Shown piece after piece: positions 54,711 through 62,666 of a stretch of 64,000 nucleotides of DNA. Positions within the stretch are counted from its first letter, which is position 1. Each line of letters starts with the position of its first letter. The position numbers were made by a program, and so were the translations under genes. The notes under the pieces are model-generated. The model ran no database searches. It was not told the origin of the DNA and saw only the letters and a list, made by a program, of their open reading frames with translations. This DNA comes from a virus: IMG/VR virus record IMGVR_UViG_3300009164_000039; one strand, 5' to 3'.

Positions 54711-57371
54711 TTACTCCCAGCTGAACAAGCTATCAAATGTGGTTGCGATATCTGTGTTTTCTGGAATCTTCCAGTCCAGCACACCCAGCAAGTTTTCTAC
54801 CTTTTGATCCACAATGGTTGTTTCCATCAGCGCATCATCAAACGGCAGTTCTTTGAACCAAGCAGGAATGTGTGACTCATCTGTTGGATACCCTACAGAA
54901 GTATAACCCAGTGCATTGTCTTTGAGCTTGCACACAATGGTTTTCATTCCGTCAACAATGCTTTGGCTGTAGTTGTCTCCGTGCATGCGTTTGAGATTGT
55001 TCCAGTTCATGGCCGCACGTACATGCCCTGGCATGTTGGCACGACCTAGTCTTGCTTCCTCTGCCGAATACTTGGTCAAGTTGTTCACACGTTTGGGTGT
55101 GCCTTTTTCCCAAGCCGGCCGACTTTGGAATGCAATCTTAAAATCACGTACCTTGTCGTAGATACCTTCTTTGGTACCATTTGTTAGTACATCAAGTAAC
55201 AGCTCACTTAGGAAGTCTTGCACCACCCTAGGAGTATCACTGCGCTTCAAGTCAAGGCCCATGGCCTTGACCTTGCCTGGCTTGCCGTGTGTGTCTAGCC
55301 TGTTGCCTTCGAGATCATAGATCAACAGTGCATAACGCTTCTTCTTGATAAACAGACTCTTCTCAGCCACCAGTTCTCTGCCGCCTTTGATCAGTTCGCC
55401 CATGCTACGTGGACAGTGGCATGCCCGTTCCATAAACCCCGGAAAGCTGGCATTCACTTGATCTGCAATGCTGTCGTACAGTTGCACACAGATTTCTTTG
55501 TTCCATTCCATGCGACCTGCTTCAACATCTTCCTTGATCGCAGGCCACGCAGAAAAGTAAGCAGAGTCAGTATCACCATAGATGATTGCCCGGCCCACGT
55601 GATCATATTCGCCAAACACACATTCGTTGATGTATGCGTCCATGTGTCGTGCAATGATGCGTCCGGTTAGTGTAGTTGACTGACCAATACGCTTGTCAAA
55701 AAACCTACAACCTGGATTAAGAATAGCACCGTACAAGCTGTTAAGGTTAATCTTCTTGACCAATTGACGCTTGTCCCAAAACGCCTTGTCTTCAGGAGTT
55801 TCAGCATCTTTCTTTTTGGCCTGTAGTTCTTTACGTTCTGCATACCAACGTTCCAACAAGCCAGGTATGATACCTTTCTTGTCATACGTGAAGATAGTGC
55901 CATTGGCACTGAGGATCCAGGGTTGTCTGCTATCAAACACCAGCTTCCAAACGTCAGCCGCTGAATGCACAGTGGCATCTCCTGACTCCCAGTCAATGGT
56001 GATTTCAGTACCTGGCTCGCAGTTCATCACTGCGGTGTATTCCAAACTACCAAACATGTTTTCCCACGCATCAGCAAAACTTGACCCTGCAGCCATTTTT
56101 TCCTTGATGTAGTGGTCTGTCATTGTTTGTCGCAGTTGTCCAACAATGGTCTCTGGGCCCATGTTGAGGGCCCTAATAGCACTGGGATAGAGCGAGTTGA
56201 TGTCAATAGCACCAACCCAGTCGTGCATTCCTTTTTTGGGGAAAGCAACATAGGCACCTGCCGCTTGTGTATCACCGTGTTCATCTTTACCCTTTCGGTT
56301 AGGTACAATCATACCCAATTGATGGGCCTCGTTAATGATAGCTTGCTCGGTAACTGCCACAGCACCCATAGTGGTTTGCAGTAGCACAGTGTTGTCATGT
56401 GCCAGTTCATTGGCTAGATCCAAGAACCGTAGTTTCTTATCCAGCCGACTCAACAGCATGGTATCTTGGCGGTTGTATTCAACAAAGGTTTCAAAGTCTT
56501 TGTTGTACAGTTGATCCAGTGTGCCTTCGTATTGTGTTTTGCGTTCGCCTAGTTCATGTTCCGAAATAGCATCAAGCGAATAGCTGTGACGTTCTTCGTA
56601 TGTGTACTTGCGATACAGTTGCATGTAGTCAAGATGCACACGACCAATCAAGTCAAAGGTCAAGTTCTCTGCACCAAAACGTTCAAAGGTACGTTGCTTG
56701 GGCAGTTGATTCCACAAACAAAAACGTCGGGTGTCGTCCTTGCTGAGCACACGATTGATACGCATGACGGTGTAGGGAATGTCAAAGCCTTCCGAGTTCC
56801 AGCCGCTTAGGATGTCGGCATCGTCTATTAGATTCAAGAATGTATCTAGCAGGTCGCCTTCACGATCAAACAAGAAACAGTTGTCAAACTTGGCGGCAAT
56901 TTCTTGTGCAGTTTCCCAACTCATGCTTTTGGGCGGCAGCACCAAGGTGACCAGTTTGTCTAACCAGTCCAGGTACACAGAGATTGCAGTGATAGCATTG
57001 AATGGATCCTCTGGCTTGCTGAATCCTCTGAGTGGATCAAAGTCCACCTCAATGTCAAAGAATGCTGTTTGCAGTTTGGGTGATGTTGCACCTAGATAGT
57101 TTTCTGCTAGACAACGAAACACAGGATTGATATCTGATTCCCAGATACGCTTGCCTGAGTTCACACGCAGTTCCTTGTGGTACTCTTTTGAATTGCGGGT
57201 GTTGAAACGGCTTACTGGTGTGCCGTATATGGTGCGGAATTTACCGCGGGGATCATCGTAGTAAAAAATGTAATTAGCAGGAAACTCTTTGTATTCTCTC
57301 TTGCCATCCACACGTTCCACGATGTGGATACGATCTTTATCTCGCTCGAATAGAGCGTCTACATAACTCAT
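54711..57371 (-). CDS. Family B DNA polymerase (T4 gp43-like) with 3'-5' exonuclease
   Basis: FFDIEV, GWNSEGFDIPY, YNRQD, DINSLYPS, KINLNSLYG, YGDTDS, KKRYA. Confidence 0.97.
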   Translation of the reverse strand: MSYVDALFERDKDRIHIVERVDGKREYKEFPANYIFYYDDPRGKFRTIYGTPVSRFNTRNSKEYHKELRVNSGKRIWESDINPVFRCLAENYLGATSPKLQTAFFDIEVDFDPLRGFSKPEDPFNAITAISVYLDWLDKLVTLVLPPKSMSWETAQEIAAKFDNCFLFDREGDLLDTFLNLIDDADILSGWNSEGFDIPYTVMRINRVLSKDDTRRFCLWNQLPKQRTFERFGAENLTFDLIGRVHLDYMQLYRKYTYEERHSYSLDAISEHELGERKTQYEGTLDQLYNKDFETFVEYNRQDTMLLSRLDKKLRFLDLANELAHDNTVLLQTTMGAVAVTEQAIINEAHQLGMIVPNRKGKDEHGDTQAAGAYVAFPKKGMHDWVGAIDINSLYPSAIRALNMGPETIVGQLRQTMTDHYIKEKMAAGSSFADAWENMFGSLEYTAVMNCEPGTEITIDWESGDATVHSAADVWKLVFDSRQPWILSANGTIFTYDKKGIIPGLLERWYAERKELQAKKKDAETPEDKAFWDKRQLVKKINLNSLYGAILNPGCRFFDKRIGQSTTLTGRIIARHMDAYINECVFGEYDHVGRAIIYGDTDSAYFSAWPAIKEDVEAGRMEWNKEICVQLYDSIADQVNASFPGFMERACHCPRSMGELIKGGRELVAEKSLFIKKKRYALLIYDLEGNRLDTHGKPGKVKAMGLDLKRSDTPRVVQDFLSELLLDVLTNGTKEGIYDKVRDFKIAFQSRPAWEKGTPKRVNNLTKYSAEEARLGRANMPGHVRAAMNWNNLKRMHGDNYSQSIVDGMKTIVCKLKDNALGYTSVGYPTDESHIPAWFKELPFDDALMETTIVDQKVENLLGVLDWKIPENTDIATTFDSLFSWE

Positions 57372-57376
57372 AATTT

Positions 57377-57432
57377 CTCCTTTTGTGCGACTTTGAGCTC
57401 ACACACACTCTACATGCTCGTAACGTGAGCGA
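57377..57432 (-). promoter_or_regulatory. Structured polB 5' leader (candidate autogenous translational operator)
   Basis: UGUGUGA/UCGCACA hairpin 2 nt before the AGGAG SD; upstream GCUC/GAGC hairpin; alternative GCUCAC/GUGAGC pairing. Confidence 0.45.
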
Positions 57433-57444
57433 TCCGTAAAATAC

Positions 57445-58047
57445 TTATTCCAGTTCGTCAAGCCATTTTGTAATGACATTATGAAGTTTTTTGTTACCTG
57501 TTTCGTCCAAGTGACAAGTGTTGCCATAATGTTTTTTCAATAAATCGTTAATGTTAAATGAGTCGGGCAACATATCGTACTTGTGCTTGGTAGCATAGTT
57601 CTCAATGTGAAACTGATTCAAGTGAGGATAGTTACTTAGTATACTTAAAATTTCCCAGCAACACAAGTTTGCCATATCCTTTTGATAATCAAAGTCAAAG
57701 TAACGTTCGTAAAATTTGGCCGCAACATCTGCATCTGCATTGTTTGCCGCATGATCTTTGATATCTGCATAAATCAAATCTGCGTTGTGATGTAGTGGAT
57801 CCTTGTGATGTACAGGATGAACTGTACAGTACAAACGATTTGGACTGGCATGTGATACAATCACAGCATCAAATTGATTGAAGTCTGTTGACTGCACTTG
57901 TTTGAGTATCTTGTACTCGCCAGCACCAGCTTGCGCAATGTTAGTTACCAAGTGATTAGCAGCCAACCAATTGCACCAGCCACTGCGTTCTGGATACTTG
58001 ATGCTCCAGTCGGCTGCAAAGCTGTCTCCGCAGATTAAAATTTTCAT
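57445..58047 (-). CDS. SGNH/GDSL-like protein
   Basis: ICGDSFAA, AQAGAG, CHLDETGN. Confidence 0.65.
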   Translation of the reverse strand: MKILICGDSFAADWSIKYPERSGWCNWLAANHLVTNIAQAGAGEYKILKQVQSTDFNQFDAVIVSHASPNRLYCTVHPVHHKDPLHHNADLIYADIKDHAANNADADVAAKFYERYFDFDYQKDMANLCCWEILSILSNYPHLNQFHIENYATKHKYDMLPDSFNINDLLKKHYGNTCHLDETGNKKLHNVITKWLDELE

Positions 58048-58340
58048 TGCATTATTAATCGAATCAACGCAACACTATCAATGCTTACTAGCAATATGTA
58101 ATTGCCAATCATGCCAAAACTCTTTCTGGTCCAAGCGGCCCAGCAAAAGATCACGCATTGTGCAATGAACAAAGGGTACAGTATCAAGAAAGGTGGAGTG
58201 GGTACAGTGAGCATCATGGTAAAACTACAACCAATGCTCATAGCCCAGGCAGCGACTTCAAGAGCAAAGCGAAATGGCCATTCTCGGAAGTCTGCCTGGA
58301 TCCACGCCCAGATGTCTTTTACAACATTGAACACTGTCAT
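58044..58340 (-). CDS. Small membrane protein
   Basis: Three hydrophobic segments. Confidence 0.7.
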   Translation of the reverse strand: MTVFNVVKDIWAWIQADFREWPFRFALEVAAWAMSIGCSFTMMLTVPTPPFLILYPLFIAQCVIFCWAAWTRKSFGMIGNYILLVSIDSVALIRLIMQ

Positions 58341-58603
58341 TAAAGAGTTTTACCTACTGTTTCAAGAATCGTGTTAAGCTCGTCGTGGTCTGCATTGGCC
58401 TTGCCTAGTTCAGCTTTGTGTGCAATACGCACAGCCTTCTTAAGTATAGCAGGTTTGATTTCTAGTTCTTCAGCAATGGCCTTGATAGTGTCGTTAAGAC
58501 CTTCATTGAGTGTTTCAACTTCTTGCATGACCTGCATGCCTTCGTTGATCAGTTGTGTTAGTTTCAGCTTTTGGTCGCCGCTGAACATACGTGGTGATGA
58601 CAT
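58340..58603 (-). CDS. T4 DsbA / GapR-like DNA-binding protein
   Basis: Helical EVETLNEGLNDTIKAIAEELEIKPAILKKAVRIAHK. Confidence 0.6.
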   Translation of the reverse strand: MSSPRMFSGDQKLKLTQLINEGMQVMQEVETLNEGLNDTIKAIAEELEIKPAILKKAVRIAHKAELGKANADHDELNTILETVGKTL

Positions 58604-58624
58604 ATAAATTCCTCCAGTTGATTG

Positions 58625-58653
58625 ATTATACAGTTTGTTTTAGGAATTAGCAA
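58625..58653 (-). promoter_or_regulatory. Sigma70-type promoter TTGCTA-N17-TATAAT
   Basis: Upstream of GGAGG SD of 58603. Confidence 0.65.
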
Positions 58654-59353
58654 CACGTAACTTTGCTAATCTTACCATTTCAAATAATTTGATATACATC
58701 CAGCCTATGTCAAATTCAAACCAGCGCCTGCTTAGCCTTGCATTAGCAGGGTCCAGATGATGATTATTGTGAAGCTCTTCACCGCCAATGACAATGCCAA
58801 TAGGAACCAAATTTCTACTTCTATCTCTAGTTTCTCCATTTCGATACCCCCACCAGTGTGCAACTCCGTTGATGACTCCCGCGGCCCAGAACGGAATCCA
58901 TATCATTTGAATGCCCCAGATCAATGGTCCCCACCAGCCAAATATCAAGGTGTTGAGCACAAGGAGAATGCCAATGCCAAGTCTGGAGTGAGCACTGTAT
59001 ACGTTGTGCTCCATCCAATCAGCAGGAGTACCACGACCGTATGAATCAACCATTGCTTTATCTTTTGATGCTTCATGATATAATACCGCTCCCCTTGTGA
59101 ATACTTTCCCAATACCAAACACATGCGGTGAGTGTGGATCACCGTCTTTGTCTGAGTACTGATGGTGCTTGCGATGTATGGCCACCCATTGCTTGGTGAC
59201 CATGCCTGTAGTGAGCCACAGCCAAAAGCGCATGAAGTGCGCTAGCACAGGATGGAATGTCACTCCACGGTGCGCTTGGCTACGATGTAAGTATAGTGTG
59301 ACACACACAATGGTAATGTGCGTGGTCACGAGTGTGTAGATAATTTCGTTCAT
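58640..59353 (-). CDS. Membrane fatty-acid (acyl-CoA delta-9-like) desaturase
   Basis: His boxes HRSQAH, HRKHH, HNNHH; DPHSP; FDIGW. Confidence 0.92.
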   Translation of the reverse strand: MNEIIYTLVTTHITIVCVTLYLHRSQAHRGVTFHPVLAHFMRFWLWLTTGMVTKQWVAIHRKHHQYSDKDGDPHSPHVFGIGKVFTRGAVLYHEASKDKAMVDSYGRGTPADWMEHNVYSAHSRLGIGILLVLNTLIFGWWGPLIWGIQMIWIPFWAAGVINGVAHWWGYRNGETRDRSRNLVPIGIVIGGEELHNNHHLDPANARLSRRWFEFDIGWMYIKLFEMVRLAKLRVANS

Positions 59354-60012
59354 TTTGTATTTTGATATTCCTCATGGTATTGTCTCCAAACATCAGAGTA
59401 TTCGCAGTTTTTGTATTCTTCAAACCAAGGTCCGCCGTCGGTGTAATGTATGGCTTTGGGAGAACCTCCAGTGTAATAACCAGCCAACCAATTGTACTCT
59501 CGTGACAGTCCGGCTATTTCGCCATCGACCAACCACTGGAACTGATGCAGATAACTTGGGCTGGCTGTGTTCACAGCATGCGGTGTGATGGATCGATGAC
59601 TTGGGTGAGCACAGTTCCACCACACAAGACTACTCCAGTTCTTTCTTGAATAAGCCACCTGCAATTTGCCGTCCATCTTGATTGGCGCATGTGGTTGATA
59701 TTCTGGATGCTTGACCACGGCCACAGCATTCAGTCGTGAGTCAAACTCTTTTAACATTTCCGCTGGGTCAGATAGCCATAAAAAATCACAGTCGCAAAAC
59801 AGTGCATGACCTTTGTAGTTGTTTAGATACGGAACAAGGAATCGTGTGTAGGTAAATTCTGTACTACCAGAGTCACTGCGATTGTAAATGCCATTCAGTG
59901 CTCGGCGGTTAATGGGCACAATTTCGTGTGTGGAATTATGCTTGAGTATGCTGTAACGACATACTTCATATGCAATTGACTCACTGCTGTCGTACCCAAT
60001 ATAAATTTTCAT
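59350..60012 (-). CDS. Glycosyltransferase (GT8-like)
   Basis: IYIGYD, STEFTYTRFLVP, FCDCDF DxD, RKNWSS, IHYTDGGPW. Confidence 0.8.
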   Translation of the reverse strand: MKIYIGYDSSESIAYEVCRYSILKHNSTHEIVPINRRALNGIYNRSDSGSTEFTYTRFLVPYLNNYKGHALFCDCDFLWLSDPAEMLKEFDSRLNAVAVVKHPEYQPHAPIKMDGKLQVAYSRKNWSSLVWWNCAHPSHRSITPHAVNTASPSYLHQFQWLVDGEIAGLSREYNWLAGYYTGGSPKAIHYTDGGPWFEEYKNCEYSDVWRQYHEEYQNTK

Positions 60013-60028
60013 TTGTTTTCCTGTTTAG

Positions 60029-60055
60029 TATTTACCGTGGCAATACTGGTAAATA
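60029..60055. promoter_or_regulatory. Back-to-back TAAATA boxes forming an inverted repeat (TATTTACC-N11-GGTAAATA)
   Basis: Sits between divergent genes 59350..60012 (-) and 60061..60699 (+). Confidence 0.65.
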
Positions 60056-60060
60056 TTTTT

Positions 60061-60699
60061 GTGAAAGACCTAACCATTACACCAAATCAATTTGATACGT
60101 CAGGGCACTGGCACCGTGCTATTCTTAATCCTGCCATACCCTCTGCAGATGCTGTGGATCTATTTGATCAAAACGGTTACGATCTAACTGTGTTGGAACG
60201 CTTGTATGCCAATGCCAACATGACACCCACTGCCAGCCATCGTAGTCATCGCACTGCAATCAAACAGGCCTGGTTTGTGCAACAGCCCAAACTTGAAGGA
60301 GCGGTACTCAATCACAGTTTGTTGTTTGAACGCAAAGGTTATACCGGAGCCGCGCTGGTTCAGCTACAGAACTGGGCAGACAAGATACCACGGTTCAATC
60401 AATTGATTGCACTGAGACCCAAATGGGGACTAGACTTCTCTATGGACTATGTGGACCGTGCAGGCAATGTGTTTGAAGTCCTGCATTGGGAATATGACGG
60501 ATTTGATTTAGCAGAGATACAGAGCGTCAAGCAACAGGTGGAACCGGTACTATTGGCAATTGACTGGGATAAGGCAGCTCAACAAATCCTATCACGTAAA
60601 TCAGCCTGGCACCATCTGGACTTCTTTGCTCAAAGCGCATGGAAGTGCGAATACTTTGGCATTGTCAAAGAACGTTTCAAAATGGTAGCATGGGAATAG
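60061..60699 (+). CDS. Hypothetical protein (probable GTG start)
   Basis: Lone + strand gene in the - block; GTG 5 nt after TAAATA. Confidence 0.7.
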   Translation: MKDLTITPNQFDTSGHWHRAILNPAIPSADAVDLFDQNGYDLTVLERLYANANMTPTASHRSHRTAIKQAWFVQQPKLEGAVLNHSLLFERKGYTGAALVQLQNWADKIPRFNQLIALRPKWGLDFSMDYVDRAGNVFEVLHWEYDGFDLAEIQSVKQQVEPVLLAIDWDKAAQQILSRKSAWHHLDFFAQSAWKCEYFGIVKERFKMVAWE

Positions 60700-60780
60700 T
60701 GCTCACTTCAAGCATCACGGTAGCGAATCGTTTTGCCTGCCCAGCAGCCGGGCCACACGGTCCTAAGGTAGGTGTGTTCT
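60700..60780. ncRNA. Candidate structured RNA between convergent genes
   Basis: GC-rich gap with several hairpins (GCCCGG/CUGGGC; CACAC..GUGUG; AGGCA/UGCUU on - strand) and no U-tract terminator form. Confidence 0.3.
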
Positions 60781-61212
60781 TTACGCCAATGTCGATCGAA
60801 GTTGCCATGAATGCTTGCGGTGTGCATCCATGCGTTCAGCCAAGAAGTTAGCCAGTCCATCTTCGCCTGCGGCAGTAGCCATATCAAAGCACAGCTTCAA
60901 TATTTTAACCATCTTGTCGCTGTCTTGCAACAGTTCAGCAACCATGCCGCGATCATCAGGAATACTTGTTTCGTCTTCAATTTGGGTGAGCATGCTATAA
61001 CGACTGTAGGCTGGCACAAAAGCACCTAGCTTACGAATGTTTTCTGCAAATGGATCAATTGAATTATATACTTCGTCGTATATGGTTTGAAATAGGGCAT
61101 GCAGTTGTGGAAACATGGGTCCGGTGACATTCCAGTGAAAACTATGTGATTTCATATAAAAACTGAATTCACTGGCAAATGCTATTTTGAGTGCTTTTTG
61201 TAACTTGTCCAT
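60781..61212 (-). CDS. dps: Dps / ferritin-like DNA-binding protein
   Basis: HSFHWNVTGPMFPQLHALF, DPFAENIR, HRKHSWQL. Confidence 0.92.
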   Translation of the reverse strand: MDKLQKALKIAFASEFSFYMKSHSFHWNVTGPMFPQLHALFQTIYDEVYNSIDPFAENIRKLGAFVPAYSRYSMLTQIEDETSIPDDRGMVAELLQDSDKMVKILKLCFDMATAAGEDGLANFLAERMDAHRKHSWQLRSTLA

Positions 61213-61216
61213 AGCG

Positions 61217-61222
61217 TATTTA
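61217..61222 (-). promoter_or_regulatory. Putative late promoter TAAATA, 4 nt before dps ATG
   Basis: Same spacing as at 2006..2011. Confidence 0.55.
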
Positions 61223-62341
61223 TGTCTTTATAATCGAATCCAACTCAGACCAAAGTTCTCTAAATTTGCCAGTTGAGTATTTTGTTTCGTATTCTGCTGT
61301 CCATGCACGGAACTCTGAGTCACGTTCGCGTTCTGGAGCAATGGCCAGTTGTTTTTCTAGATGCTTCAAGAACTCATCACCGTGTATATAGCCCACCATT
61401 ACAGGATTGTCTAGTACTTGTTGTATTTTTTCACGTGCCAGTTCACGTACTGGTTCACTGAAGTTGCTGACATTGAGTTGTGCAGGAAATTGTAGTTTTT
61501 GCCAGTGTATGTTTACTCTTGCGGCTCGTGCAAAGTTATAGTAGTCCACTAGGTTGGTCACAGTGTAGATGTTGAACACAGGAAATATTGTTACCAAGTG
61601 TCCCGGAATACGGCGCAAAGTAACTATGTTGGCTTTGATTTGCTCCCAGTTGGCACCATTGCGTACATATTCAAATTGCGGGCCTACATTGTCCATGCTC
61701 ACATGCCAGCGCACATTGGTTCGTTGTTTTAGTACATCAAACACAGGAGACTGAGCCAGTGGCACACTGAGGTTGGTGATAAGATCAACAGTGACCGACT
61801 GATCCAGTTCTTCTAGCAGTCGTATGTTTTGTTTGTGCAACAGCGGTTCTCCCCCAGCTAGCATGGCACTTTTCATTGTGGCGGTGTTTTGTTGTATGTA
61901 ATTCAACACCGTGGTGTAGTAGTCAAAGTACATGGGCTTGATAGGAATGTTCTTGGCCTGCTGCCAGGTTGTGCTCCAGCGTTCGTCACAGTACACGCAT
62001 TTGAGATTGCACAAGGTATTCCAACGTATGTCCACTGTTTGTAATTCAAACGTGGTAGGATCTGACAGCTGGTCTTGTTCTAAGGTGAATTGATCGTAGT
62101 ACTGACGTTGACTTGATCCTGAGGTGTTTTCTGCGTCTCGGCAGTAGGTGCAGTATGCAGGTATTTGGCCTGCCAGCATCTCTTGCCGGATTTCAATCAC
62201 TCGAGGATCTCGGAGTATTTGGTCCAGTGGAGTTGTGTTTAGGTCGCCCCATTCCCATGTGCCTGCACAGCAACTTTTGACTTTGCCGTCAGTGTGAATG
62301 AATAATCCGGTCCAGGGGCTGGTACAGTATACGCTAGGCAT
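61220..62341 (-). CDS. Radical SAM protein with N-terminal SPASM/Twitch-like domain
   Basis: CNLKCVYC, AGGEPL; CTSPW..KSCC..CTYC. Confidence 0.9.
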   Translation of the reverse strand: MPSVYCTSPWTGLFIHTDGKVKSCCAGTWEWGDLNTTPLDQILRDPRVIEIRQEMLAGQIPAYCTYCRDAENTSGSSQRQYYDQFTLEQDQLSDPTTFELQTVDIRWNTLCNLKCVYCDERWSTTWQQAKNIPIKPMYFDYYTTVLNYIQQNTATMKSAMLAGGEPLLHKQNIRLLEELDQSVTVDLITNLSVPLAQSPVFDVLKQRTNVRWHVSMDNVGPQFEYVRNGANWEQIKANIVTLRRIPGHLVTIFPVFNIYTVTNLVDYYNFARAARVNIHWQKLQFPAQLNVSNFSEPVRELAREKIQQVLDNPVMVGYIHGDEFLKHLEKQLAIAPERERDSEFRAWTAEYETKYSTGKFRELWSELDSIIKT

Positions 62342-62666
62342 CGCTTGGTTGTGGCACTACTTGATTTTTTATTTCTCGAAGGTCTTGCCGCGCATGTTTC
62401 AGCTCGTTTACTATTTCTTCTGTGTGTTGATGTAGCAACCAGTTGCTTTGTGCCAGTGAACCAATGCTACGCACGGCCCAGAACCACCATACTGTCATGG
62501 TAATGGCAACAGCAGTGATTGCAGTGTACAAGATGCTTTGATAAAAACTACCATTTATTAGATATAAAATTAGTATCAGAATGATAGACGCAGTGGGCAT
62601 GATACGTCCGTACATGTCCCACCATGTGCATTGTGTTTCTATCTGTTTGTATAGTTTAGAGCTCAT
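62334..62666 (-). CDS. Small 2-TM membrane protein
   Basis: Two hydrophobic helices then coiled coil. Confidence 0.65.
   Translation of the reverse strand: MSSKLYKQIETQCTWWDMYGRIMPTASIILILILYLINGSFYQSILYTAITAVAITMTVWWFWAVRSIGSLAQSNWLLHQHTEEIVNELKHARQDLREIKNQVVPQPSDA

Noticed and set aside
54711-57371. Intein or split in DNA polymerase
   Set aside because: 886-aa continuous PolB with all motifs in normal spacing
60700-60780. Twister ribozyme (GGUCCUAAG resembles twister L4)
   Set aside because: Lacks P4 closure and a downstream pseudoknot partner as I recall the consensus; kept only as a generic structured-RNA candidate
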